Shown in pieces: positions 1 through 8,937 of a stretch of 64,000 bases of DNA. Below the pieces are notes generated by a model. That model was not told the DNA's origin. It saw only the letters and a program-made list of their open reading frames with translations, and did no database searches. Position numbers and translations under genes: made by a program. Source of the stretch: a virus; the IMG/VR virus record IMGVR_UViG_3300013132_000047, positions 4,181 to 68,180 of that record. One strand, 5' to 3'. Positions within the stretch are counted from its first letter, which is position 1. Every line of letters begins with the position of its first letter.

Positions 1-1122
1 ACCTTGAGTATTGCGAATCTTGAGTATATCTTCGAGGCAGTCACCATCTTTTTCGAACATTAAGAAAGAATGGCAACTTAAACAACGACGCTTATCAATA
101 TCGGATTTGATAAGACGGGTTTCGCAGAACGGGCACTTATCTTCCCCAATTATTACTTCACCAACTATCGTGTTTTCTTTTGGGTCGGGGAAATGAGCAG
201 GAACTTTAACCGTCTTTGACCTAAACGAGGCAGAACTGGAAGAGTACTGCCTGCCACTGCTGTAGTTGTCGTAACCATAGTTTGAATACGCGTAGCCCGA
301 ACTTGGTGTGCCGACAGTGGCTGTCTTTTTCGTTACCTTCTTAAGCCAGTTATCAATTTCTGGCGAAGGCTGCCCTTTTGGGAGCGATTCAAAAACCTGA
401 TCGGGATCCATTGTGAAAGCGCCGCCAGGAGTCTGCAGCTCAATATAGTACTGAGTTGCATTATTGTTGACGCTTTTCTGCCAGCCATAAGTGATATGGA
501 TTCCGGGGAAATCAGCTTGGTCTTTATGATCTGTGCCACTTGCAAAGGCAGCCATATTTGGATGCGAATGCGCAGAACCAACTAGATAAACATTTTCATC
601 TTTTTCAGAAACAATTGACTCATGATCGTAACGGCAATCGCCCGCAGTATTTTCCTGATCTGGGACCAAAACACCCCAACCATCGCTGGGATGTTCTGAC
701 TCGGCAAACCTGGGATCATATGTCAACAGCACAATTGACTCGGTATTGTAGATATTTTCTACTTCCCGAAAGAAATCGTCCATCATCTGCACTAAAGAAA
801 ACGGAATTAAAGGCAAAGAGTACCACGCCTGACTACGCATAGTGTCAAGACCAAGTTCGTCAGGATTAGCTACGGTTACAGACCTAGAAACTATAGTGGA
901 AACAACTTTGAATATTGATGGCCTAACAGAAGTCTTGGTAGTTTTATTTTCTGTTATGTTGTACTGCTCGACACCAATGACGTAATAGAAAGTGTATCCG
1001 TGCGCTTCAACATGCTGGCATATATCTGCGACATCGCCAATAAAGCATGGCATACCGTTTGGCAGATCAAACTGCTTTAGTTCCTCTAGTGGAATTAGTT
1101 GAAATTCTTCAGTAGTGGTCAT
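1..1122 (-). CDS. JAB/MPN metallopeptidase (prokaryotic JAB, deubiquitinase-like); runs off the window edge
   Basis: Not in the ORF track (no stop in window). ATG at 1122 with the frame open to base 1. Manual translation gives NTESIVLL...GSAHSHPNMAAFASGTDHKDQ, the JAB E...HxH...S..D motif, plus C-terminal CPFC/CLSC. Confidence 0.85.
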   Translation of the reverse strand, partial: MTTTEEFQLIPLEELKQFDLPNGMPCFIGDVADICQHVEAHGYTFYYVIGVEQYNITENKTTKTSVRPSIFKVVSTIVSRSVTVANPDELGLDTMRSQAWYSLPLIPFSLVQMMDDFFREVENIYNTESIVLLTYDPRFAESEHPSDGWGVLVPDQENTAGDCRYDHESIVSEKDENVYLVGSAHSHPNMAAFASGTDHKDQADFPGIHITYGWQKSVNNNATQYYIELQTPGGAFTMDPDQVFESLPKGQPSPEIDNWLKKVTKKTATVGTPSSGYAYSNYGYDNYSSGRQYSSSSASFRSKTVKVPAHFPDPKENTIVGEVIIGEDKCPFCETRLIKSDIDKRRCLSCHSFLMFEKDGDCLEDILKIRNTQG

Positions 1123-1131
1123 TACTTTCCT

Positions 1132-2493
1132 TTAAGGAGTAGAAAATACATCAGCGATCATTTGTGTCAAAGTTGAAAAATCTTCTTCTGACACAAAATT
1201 GCATTGAGGACAACGATTTTTTTCTTCAATATCAATTGATGGCATAAGCAAAGAACATTCAGGACAATGTATTAATTCGAGACATTTTTGACAGTGGAAA
1301 TTATCTTTATAATAATAAAGTTGACTATAGTGGTGATGAATATCGCATGACAGACAAAGTTCGTAATAGTCATGTAAACAAATTTCGCATACAACGCCAT
1401 CTGATGACTCTACATGAAAAGATTTTTCATCGTAGTTCTTTTTACACTCTATGCAGTAAAAACCAGTGTTGATTGGGATAATAGGGTTTGATACCGGTTT
1501 TTCTGTAGACACTTGCAGTGGGACGGCAGCATTAAATGCTTTTGTTAACCCAGCGGTTATATCTTTGGAATCTGGGTTTTCTAAGTCTGGACGACTGATT
1601 TTTTGATAAGCTTTAGGAAACATTGCATCGTGATAGTACGCACGATATTTCCCGTCCATAGCCATACCTACGGTTAAAAAGTCAGCGTCAGGCGCATCAC
1701 AGTGCCTATCTTGACTGTCAATGCCTTTTACCCTTACGGGAATCCACAGACTTGGATCGAGTGTCCACCCAAAACCATCTGAAGAAGATTTTTCTTCCCA
1801 AGCGCTTGGATCCCAAAGATATTCAAAATCATATATATTTAAAGACGGATCAGAAGTTATTTCTTTAAAGTATTGCTCTTCATAAAATCGTGGTCCGTCT
1901 GTTTCGTTCATGTTGGCATCGTTGTAGGCTTCACCACCACCAGCGCGGTCAATGAGGTTAGCAATTTTTTGGCCAACATTTAAATCTTTGATAGAAGGTT
2001 TGTTGTGGTAAAGGCATATCCAGCCTACACCGTTGCCAATTCCATTTACTTTTGCGCCGTAACCTTTACAGTTTAGATTTGGAAGGTTAACGTGAAAAAG
2101 TATTTGTTCCTTGCTTGTTATTGGTTCTACAGAGTAAAAATGACGAGCGCCATAAAATTCCCCGTCTACAAAATCACCAATAACAATACGGTAAGGCATT
2201 GCAAGGTCGTATGTGTGGGCTTCTGGATCACCTTCAGAATTACCCCAGATGACCCTGTAGAGACCAGGGGCATGCTGGAACACTACCTGCATATGCCCAA
2301 GGGCTTGACGGATCGAAAGAGTGCCCGATCCGTCAAGGGGCAGCAACCCAGTTTCAAAGTAAACTTGATCTTTCAACGCTACAAAAAAATCAATAAGAGA
2401 CTTTTCTTTTGCGTTAGCCGTAGGCATATTTGCAATGCTTTGAACTACGTTATCTGAATTTAGGGTATATTCAAAATTCATGCCTAAAGACAT
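1132..2493 (-). CDS. Prokaryotic E2-like protein (Prok-E2_D/PRTRC-B-like) with C-terminal Cys-rich zinc-ribbon repeats
   Basis: LAMPYRIVIG...LFHVNLPNL...GWICL resembles the Prok-E2_D pattern; many CxxC pairs at the C-terminus; lies next to the JAB gene. Confidence 0.6.
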   Translation of the reverse strand: MSLGMNFEYTLNSDNVVQSIANMPTANAKEKSLIDFFVALKDQVYFETGLLPLDGSGTLSIRQALGHMQVVFQHAPGLYRVIWGNSEGDPEAHTYDLAMPYRIVIGDFVDGEFYGARHFYSVEPITSKEQILFHVNLPNLNCKGYGAKVNGIGNGVGWICLYHNKPSIKDLNVGQKIANLIDRAGGGEAYNDANMNETDGPRFYEEQYFKEITSDPSLNIYDFEYLWDPSAWEEKSSSDGFGWTLDPSLWIPVRVKGIDSQDRHCDAPDADFLTVGMAMDGKYRAYYHDAMFPKAYQKISRPDLENPDSKDITAGLTKAFNAAVPLQVSTEKPVSNPIIPINTGFYCIECKKNYDEKSFHVESSDGVVCEICLHDYYELCLSCDIHHHYSQLYYYKDNFHCQKCLELIHCPECSLLMPSIDIEEKNRCPQCNFVSEEDFSTLTQMIADVFSTP

Positions 2494-2498
2494 TTTAG

Positions 2499-2897
2499 TT
2501 AACTTTCGTCTACGCTAAAAAACTTTTTGATAGTTTCATTTATTTCTTCATCAAAATCACCAAAAGCCCAAGCAAGCCAGTTGGGGTCTTTTTCGGCGAT
2601 ATCAAGAAGTTGTTTTCTTTGTTGAAGTTCGTCGTAGGGACCAATAAGATCAGCAAGTCTTCCTAATCCTTTTGCCAAACCTGCTAGCTCTTCCTGATCA
2701 TGAGTTAACTGAAGGATGAGACCGAGTATAGGGTTGCCTTCGATGGTAAATTTCTTTACAATATTTTCAATTCGGATTTCTAGCGCTTCAAGTTGAAGCT
2801 CTACTTCTGCTCTGGCAAAAGAAGCGCTAGAGGAATTGAATCTGAAAGAATTTATTGGACTGTTAGGCAACCTTTCATGCGAAGGTTGTACTGTCAA
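2499..2897 (-). CDS. hypothetical protein
   Basis: 132 aa ORF in a tightly packed minus-strand operon. Confidence 0.6.
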   Translation of the reverse strand: MTVQPSHERLPNSPINSFRFNSSSASFARAEVELQLEALEIRIENIVKKFTIEGNPILGLILQLTHDQEELAGLAKGLGRLADLIGPYDELQQRKQLLDIAEKDPNWLAWAFGDFDEEINETIKKFFSVDES

Positions 2898-3141
2898 AGT
2901 TGAATCCCTTGTTAGAGGTTTGACGTTTTTGGATGTAGTCGAGTAATTCTCTTACCGACCACCAAGCAGTGCAGAGTGCTACAATGCTACGAGTAATAAG
3001 TCTTATTATATATTCTTCCTTTGTTCCCGAAAATGGGCTTGCGCCACCCATTTGGACATCAAAATAAATACTGTCAAAAAATAACTGTATATCTTTTATC
3101 GTTTTGTGTGTCTGATCCATAACTCGCTTTATGTCTTTCAA
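2875..3141 (-). CDS. hypothetical protein
   Basis: ORF in operon context; start uncertain. Confidence 0.5.
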   Translation of the reverse strand: MKDIKRVMDQTHKTIKDIQLFFDSIYFDVQMGGASPFSGTKEEYIIRLITRSIVALCTAWWSVRELLDYIQKRQTSNKGFNFDSTTFA

Positions 3142-3229
3142 TTAAATTTGTTTTATTTATTTTTTGATCTAAACGCAGATTTAAGAGTTTAGATATTGCT
3201 CCGATTAAAATAAATACAGTCATTGTTGT

Positions 3230-3739
3230 TTATAACTTTAATTCTGATAAACGTAAATCTATTTTGTCTAAACGTTCAGCAAAAATTTCTGCTAGAACGT
3301 CTTCATCTATTCCATTTTCTTTGATGAAACGTTCATGCATTTGTGCAACTATAGAATCAATTATAAATTCTGATTCCATATCCCAAGAAATCCAGATATT
3401 TCCATAAGACTCTTTTATGTGCCTTATGGTGTTTTGAATTTCTTTAGAACTATACCCCCCCCAAATACCGTAGTCTTCTTGGTTGACTAACGCTAGTTTT
3501 AGGCATTGTCGAGTCACTGGGCAAGTAGTGCAGATTTCTTCTGCTACAGATTTTTCTTGTGCGTGGCTGCGCGGAAACATTGTTCCAACATCAACCGCCC
3601 AGCAACTCGACAATGGAGCCCAATTTTTCTTACTTGTTTGAAGATGCCGGTAAAAATGCTCTAAAGCTTTATATGGTGGTAATGGAAGTTCTTCTTCATC
3701 GTCTTCGGTTTTTGCATCAATCTTTAAAATCTGATTCAT
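3230..3739 (-). CDS. whiB: WhiB-family Fe-S transcription regulator
   Basis: C...MFP...AEEICTTCPVTRQCL..AL...EDYGIWGG signature. Confidence 0.9.
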   Translation of the reverse strand: MNQILKIDAKTEDDEEELPLPPYKALEHFYRHLQTSKKNWAPLSSCWAVDVGTMFPRSHAQEKSVAEEICTTCPVTRQCLKLALVNQEDYGIWGGYSSKEIQNTIRHIKESYGNIWISWDMESEFIIDSIVAQMHERFIKENGIDEDVLAEIFAERLDKIDLRLSELKL

Positions 3740-4394
3740 TTTGATTTGCGTTTTCTGGAGATAGTCTATTTTTAATAATTAAAGTAGAATAAGATGCAAC
3801 ATATAATTGTTTGGAAATTTTATCATCAAACTTCCCAAACTCTAAGAGACTATTATCTACGTCTATTCCAAGGTCTTCACAAGAAATGAGATAAGAGTTT
3901 TGTAGTTTGTTTAGCTTCCAATCAAGATAATCATTATAGTTACGTAGATAAAAATCGACTTTAGCGTGTTCTTCTTCTGATTTAGAACGCTCACTCATTT
4001 CAAGCAAAGTATTAGAGTAAAATTTGATTGTATGAATAAAAATGATTTTTTGACGAATCTCATAATACGACAGGTACTTATCTAAAACACCTTCGCTCAT
4101 ATGGTTTACGACATCATACAAGGCAAGAAGTAGTGGCGATTCATAATTGCTGTTAAGTATATTTGAAAAGAAACTTTGCATTTCAGAAACAGCAAAAACT
4201 ACGTAAGGTATGGAAGATGATGTAACTACTACATCATCTCCCATATACTTTTTTAGGGCTTCAGCAAGTTCGTCTGGGATTTGTCTCCCATCGGGACCGA
4301 TAAAGCCAACAACTTTCTGACCACTTTGAGGATTTGAATCTTCAAAAAGATCTGAGTCTTCATCACCGGTTAGGTACGGGTTTTGGGTACTCAA
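3717..4394 (-). CDS. hypothetical protein
   Basis: 225 aa ORF in operon context. Confidence 0.6.
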   Translation of the reverse strand: MSTQNPYLTGDEDSDLFEDSNPQSGQKVVGFIGPDGRQIPDELAEALKKYMGDDVVVTSSSIPYVVFAVSEMQSFFSNILNSNYESPLLLALYDVVNHMSEGVLDKYLSYYEIRQKIIFIHTIKFYSNTLLEMSERSKSEEEHAKVDFYLRNYNDYLDWKLNKLQNSYLISCEDLGIDVDNSLLEFGKFDDKISKQLYVASYSTLIIKNRLSPENANQNESDFKD

Positions 4395-4403
4395 AAGAGA
4401 TCC

Positions 4404-4838
4404 TTAGGTTATGGAGTTGGCAATTTTGTCTTTCGCTAGTTCATTCAAAAAAACGTTAGCGAGCTTATCTGCTTCGCTAACATATGATCGAGCGACATGT
4501 TGGATTCTAAACCGAAATTCTTCTTGAATAATTCTAATCGATTTTAAAAGAGTGTAAAGATTTTCATTCCTACACTGCCATTTCCCATTTACTTGGTTTA
4601 CCACAACGGCAGAATCAGAATATATTATTGGGTCGTTAAGTTGCGCCATAGAACAGATCAAAAGACTAGTTATCACTGCTTCGTACTCAGCCTCATTATT
4701 GGTTCGCTTACCAAGTCCGCGAGCATATCTAGCTATTTCTTTTTTGTTCTTGTAAACAACCACGCCACATGCGGCTTCACCGGTCTTTTTTTGACCTTGT
4801 CCGCGTGCTGCGCCATCACACACAACTTCTATCAACAT
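4404..4838 (-). CDS. rnhA: Ribonuclease HI
   Basis: DGAARG, TNNEAEYEA, YSDSAVVVNQ, HVAR...ADKLAN motifs. Confidence 0.93.
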   Translation of the reverse strand: MLIEVVCDGAARGQGQKKTGEAACGVVVYKNKKEIARYARGLGKRTNNEAEYEAVITSLLICSMAQLNDPIIYSDSAVVVNQVNGKWQCRNENLYTLLKSIRIIQEEFRFRIQHVARSYVSEADKLANVFLNELAKDKIANSIT

Positions 4839-4845
4839 AATAGTC

Positions 4846-5181
4846 CTATTGAGGTGGACCGAAAATTTCTTCTTTTAATTCTTCCATAAGTAATTCTATT
4901 TTAGACTGAATAAAATCTGGCGCACGGTCGTAAAATGCTAGTATATTATCTAATTCTTTTTCCGAATAAACGGTTTTACCATTCCAAATTTTATGGCCAG
5001 TTAAAAGATAGAAAAAGATCTTTATAAGTTTTACTTCTGGAATTTTAACATCATAGCCTTGAACTATGGAAGCTGCACATTCTGTCGCAATAAATTCTAG
5101 CATTGCAACTTTTTCTTCCGAAGTTAAAAAGACTATATCGTTTAAAACCTCATTGCTTATGCTATCTAATGTCTGTAACAT
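4846..5181 (-). CDS. hypothetical protein
   Basis: 111 aa ORF in operon context. Confidence 0.55.
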   Translation of the reverse strand: MLQTLDSISNEVLNDIVFLTSEEKVAMLEFIATECAASIVQGYDVKIPEVKLIKIFFYLLTGHKIWNGKTVYSEKELDNILAFYDRAPDFIQSKIELLMEELKEEIFGPPQ

Positions 5182-5355
5182 TTTGACCTTTAGTTTAATT
5201 TAGTTTTTCGTCGGATAAACTAACAAGATTCCTGATATCTAAAAGAATATCTGTTACCTTGTCGGAATCGCAAAGTTTTTGGTTCTTAAACTCAGAAACA
5301 CCAAAATCTATAAGATCAAGTATCTCTTCTACTGTCGGCGTAGCTGACGATACCA

Positions 5356-5877
5356 TTACAGTTCCTCAACATTAAAAGTTTTATTTGCGATGTCAAAAAT
5401 AATTACTGTATTCACATGATCGCTTTGATAATGCATAAGCGAGGAAACGATAGCGTCACCAACTTGTTGTACTAACGTTTTAATTTCGTAAAGTGCCTCA
5501 AAGAAATCGTCATCAATAAAAATCTTATTATTATCTTTATCCACTTTTTTGAGGCCAAAGATACTCGGGAACATAAACAAATTATTTGCTTGCATTTCTA
5601 CGTAAAGCCAAGGGCGATGTAGAGAAGTATCCACAAAAGCAGACAAGTCAACCTTATAGTTTATTGTGCTTATAAATGGAGTTGCATAGCTATCTGTATC
5701 TTCATCGTAGTAGGTCTCCACAAAGAAACCAAACGATTCAAAGTACGGAAAACCTTTTCTTAGTTCGTATAAATGCTCGCAAAAAGCTTGCGGAAAGGTG
5801 GTCTTAAATTCATATCTAATGTTTACGTATGATTTTACAAGCTGATGTAAATCTTTTTTTAACAACAGAACACTCAT
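5356..5877 (-). CDS. hypothetical protein
   Basis: 173 aa ORF translationally coupled to the upstream gene. Confidence 0.6.
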   Translation of the reverse strand: MSVLLLKKDLHQLVKSYVNIRYEFKTTFPQAFCEHLYELRKGFPYFESFGFFVETYYDEDTDSYATPFISTINYKVDLSAFVDTSLHRPWLYVEMQANNLFMFPSIFGLKKVDKDNNKIFIDDDFFEALYEIKTLVQQVGDAIVSSLMHYQSDHVNTVIIFDIANKTFNVEEL

Positions 5878-6227
5878 CAGTCAACTAACTCCATTTTTTT
5901 GAAAGTTTTAGAAAAACCCAACATCCAGGGTGCAGTTTCTAAGCCATCTAGCCATTGCGCAACTGTGGGAATACATCCTAAGTCTTCTAGAATATGGTTT
6001 TCGCATATGTCTCGTATGCTGTATTCTTTTTTGTTGGAGTTTATTCGGTAAACACCAAATAATTCTTGCGCAATGTATATACCAAAACTAGAATGCAATA
6101 TTGCACGATGACGCATGTCTGGAATGTGCGCTTTAGAACTGTCTAAGAATTCGTGAATATCAATGTAATCATCGATAGTCCCGCCAAATTTAATAACTGA
6201 AAGCTTAGAGTGAACCAGCGGTTTCAT
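5877..6227 (-). CDS. DUF6915-like phage protein
   Basis: MKPLVHSKLSVIKFGG..DDY.DIH.FLDSSK...RHRAILHSSFG pattern; start moved to the ATG at 6227. Confidence 0.7.
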   Translation of the reverse strand: MKPLVHSKLSVIKFGGTIDDYIDIHEFLDSSKAHIPDMRHRAILHSSFGIYIAQELFGVYRINSNKKEYSIRDICENHILEDLGCIPTVAQWLDGLETAPWMLGFSKTFKKMELVD

Positions 6228-6837
6228 TTTCGTCCTTTGGTATAACACTGTAGGGCTGAAACACAACCTCTAAAGGTGAAACGTAATGAATTTTGTCTTT
6301 AATCTTTACAACAAAATTATTATCACCGCTTACGGGATCTCCATTGACAACTACAATTTCCATGTTATCGTCAGTAGAGATTTTTGCTCCATTCAAAAAA
6401 GTTTTTGGAAGCCTCACTTTTTCAAATGAATCCACATTAGGCCCATTTGCCGATGGCTCTACACACGAAATCCAGTAACAAAGAATTTGTGTTTGTAAAA
6501 TAGGGGAAGATTTATGAAAGACTTGATTTAGGAGATCAATTGTTGCAGGATTAATAATTATATGTGAAGGAAGAAGGTATTCGTATGACGAATTTTGTTC
6601 TCCAAGAAAAAAACTTTCAATATCTAGCATTGTTAAATCACTGAGTAAAGATGCGTTTTCGCTATTTTTTGTGTTGTTTGATTCTGATTTATATTTCTTG
6701 GAAAGAATTTCAACATCTTTTTGCAGACATGCAAAGTCGCAATACTTTCCGAGATGAAAATTATTTGAATCAATAATTACTAAATCAAAACTTTTATGCT
6801 CATTTGCGACTAAACATTCTCCACAATCAAAATTCAT
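6205..6837 (-). CDS. hypothetical protein with N-terminal CxxC/CxxxC
   Basis: Start re-assigned to ATG 6837 (GAAAGG upstream); the longer ORF overlaps a tRNA-like element. Confidence 0.55.
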   Translation of the reverse strand: MNFDCGECLVANEHKSFDLVIIDSNNFHLGKYCDFACLQKDVEILSKKYKSESNNTKNSENASLLSDLTMLDIESFFLGEQNSSYEYLLPSHIIINPATIDLLNQVFHKSSPILQTQILCYWISCVEPSANGPNVDSFEKVRLPKTFLNGAKISTDDNMEIVVVNGDPVSGDNNFVVKIKDKIHYVSPLEVVFQPYSVIPKDENETAGSL

Positions 6838-6923
6838 AATATGCCTTTCAGATGGATAATGCTTCCCCCCTTTTCCGGTTAGATGGGGGTTTTGATATTC
6901 GTAGCTTATACATCGGCCTCCGG

Positions 6924-6969
6924 CGCAGATAAAGGGATTCGAACCCTTTAATACCACCTAGGTATCTGC
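6924..6969 (-). ncRNA. armless tRNA-like minihelix (acceptor stem + T arm only)
   Basis: Minus strand: GCAGATA-cctaggtggtatta-AAGGG TTCGAAT CCCTT-TATCTGC-G. Perfect 7-bp acceptor and 5-bp T stem, no D or anticodon arm. Confidence 0.7.
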
Positions 6970-6977
6970 CGTTTGCG

Positions 6978-7679
6978 TTAAACGCAAACTATTTCATTAA
7001 GATCATGTTTAGAGCATACAGATTCAATTGTATTGTTAGCTTTATAATTGCTGTCAATTTCTGTGTTTGAACTTGGCCAAAAATCTATTGGAATTTCTCC
7101 ACGTCTTTGCCAAGTAAGAAAGTACTGAGGCCAATTTTTAATCTTGCGATTTAATTGCGTATAAAACCACAGTAAAACTGGATTACAAGATAATTGTTCT
7201 ATAAAGCGAAAATCATTATTGCCTTTATCATTCATGAATACACTATACAGGTCATTGAAAGTTTTTATAGGGTCAAAATCTATTGAGGCATTTTGCAGAA
7301 ACTCTGATCTTGCAAACTCTGGTTCTTGCTCTATTCGCCTGTAATCTGAGGTTCCAGAGAAACAAAGGTAGCTGATTGAATAATTGCTTAAAGGCGCATT
7401 AAATAAAAACGGATCGTCTTTTAGATTAGAACTAAAGTATATATCTAAAAAGCTACTTCTACCTGTTTCCCCTAACTGCCCTACGTTACATAATGTTTTA
7501 GTGGAATATACTACAAAATATGTCCACGGAACAGAAATATAGTATTCTTTTGAAGCATAGCTATATTTCATTATTTGGGGCTCTAATCGTATCAACGATT
7601 TGCATGATTTTGTTTCACGCCACTTTTCCCCATACATTGTCGTGAACGTTTCGTATTTTGATTTGATAATTTCTATCAT
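6978..7679 (-). CDS. second prokaryotic E2-like (Prok-E2_D-like) protein
   Basis: YYISVPWTYFVV...LFNAPLSNY...YLCF, the same pattern as 1132-2493. Confidence 0.5.
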   Translation of the reverse strand: MIEIIKSKYETFTTMYGEKWRETKSCKSLIRLEPQIMKYSYASKEYYISVPWTYFVVYSTKTLCNVGQLGETGRSSFLDIYFSSNLKDDPFLFNAPLSNYSISYLCFSGTSDYRRIEQEPEFARSEFLQNASIDFDPIKTFNDLYSVFMNDKGNNDFRFIEQLSCNPVLLWFYTQLNRKIKNWPQYFLTWQRRGEIPIDFWPSSNTEIDSNYKANNTIESVCSKHDLNEIVCV

Positions 7680-7681
7680 AG

Positions 7682-8071
7682 TGGAGCTGGGGGGAATCGA
7701 ACCCCCGTCTTTCGGGTGAAACTTTATTGTGATACAACCATTCCCGTTTTAGCGACGGGTCGCTAGGGCCGATCGGCTCTGTGGGAGCTTCACGATTCCA
7801 CCATCCGCGCTTTCTCGGAAGTCAAACAGTCTTTCCTGTTGGTCTATTTGTCTTTCCAAATTGTCCCTCTAGTTTCCGTTGACAGGCACTAGATAAGCCC
7901 CGGGCACTAGTCAGACTAGTGCACCCTCCTCAACGAGGAGAGTGGCCAGTTCGGCATCCCAATCGCAGACGTAATCATCGGCGTTTATTTTTGTGCCCCG
8001 TTTAACGTCTCTGAGCAAGACGGGTTGCACGCAAAAGTTTCCTGGACCCAAAATCGAAACCAGTCAGCCCC
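7682..8071 (-). ncRNA. ssrA: tmRNA
   Basis: 5' GGGGCTGACTGGTTTCGA; 3' GGGGGTTCGATTCCCCCCAGCTCCA; Ala-type G3-U acceptor; internal tag ORF at 7982-7911. Confidence 0.95.
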
Positions 8072-8085
8072 GCTGTTGTAGTAAG

Positions 8086-8157
8086 AGCCTCCTCAGAGAA
8101 TCGAACTCTGATCTCGGCTTTACAAGAGCCGTGTAATAGCCGTTATACTAAAGAGGC
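8086..8157 (-). tRNA. tRNA-Thr(UGU)
   Basis: Cloverleaf; anticodon arm CGGCT-CT TGT AA-AGCCG; T loop GTTCGATT. Confidence 0.92.
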
Positions 8158-8160
8158 ATT

Positions 8161-8430
8161 TTAAAGAGAGGCTTGTCTTTCTAATTCCACAATACCTCCC
8201 GGAGTGAAAAACTCAATTTCATCATCGTCTTGCAAAACGTAATCCCATGAAACTTGAATACAACTTGTGATCATGCTAGTCACGGGATTACGCTTCAAAA
8301 CCTTCATTGGGGAGTGGTTTAGGGAAATCCCAGTAAAATACTGTTTATTAGACACAACAGTTTGCTGTATTGTTGTTCCTGCAGCACTTTGGAATTTTAA
8401 TCTTGTATCGCCCCAAATAATTTTAACCAT
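8161..8430 (-). CDS. ubiquitin-like (ThiS/MoaD-type beta-grasp) protein with a C-terminal extension after GG
   Basis: 89 aa ending DYVLQDDDEIEFFTPGG-IVELERQASL, matching the Ubl C-terminal strand plus GG. Confidence 0.6.
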   Translation of the reverse strand: MVKIIWGDTRLKFQSAAGTTIQQTVVSNKQYFTGISLNHSPMKVLKRNPVTSMITSCIQVSWDYVLQDDDEIEFFTPGGIVELERQASL

Positions 8431-8635
8431 GTTTTTCCTCCTCCCCTTTTCTTTTTAGATTATCGTAAATATCTTGTATTTTATCTTCAGCTTTTTTAAG
8501 CTCTGATTTCTTGTTTTTCTTTGTTATGCGTTTTGGCACTATCTTTCCAAACACTAAATCCACTGACATGAGATTTCTGATCATGTCCCCACGGAAGAAG
8601 GCATTGTTCATACATGTTATTTGGATTTTTTTCAA
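8423..8635 (-). CDS. small basic hypothetical protein
   Basis: Lys-rich ORF overlapping the Ubl start. Confidence 0.45.
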   Translation of the reverse strand: MKKIQITCMNNAFFRGDMIRNLMSVDLVFGKIVPKRITKKNKKSELKKAEDKIQDIYDNLKRKGEEEKHG

Positions 8636-8937
8636 GGCATCGACATAATTTCATTCTGCATCCCAGTATTCAACGTAATAATTTTCGTTTGACCAATTTG
8701 GAGAATAAGAATATTTCTCTTCTTCAAGAAGATAATATTCTTCAAAAAGATCATCTTCTGAAGGCTCGTAGAGCTCCTCAATAATATCCTCATACTCCAA
8801 TTCGAGATAATCTTGCATCTATGCTCCTGTAATCACCTTTATGCTTATGTATAAAGAAGTTACCACTAAAAAATAGTAACCCATTTTCTTTTTTGGGGAT
8901 TGACTTTTCCACCAATAAACTAAAAAATCTGGGTCCA

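Noticed and set aside
6838-6957. N-terminal extensions of track ORFs 6205-6957, 10999-11280, 15756-16019 and 37282-37590
   Set aside because: They run through tRNA or tRNA-like elements, and better SD-led starts lie downstream.
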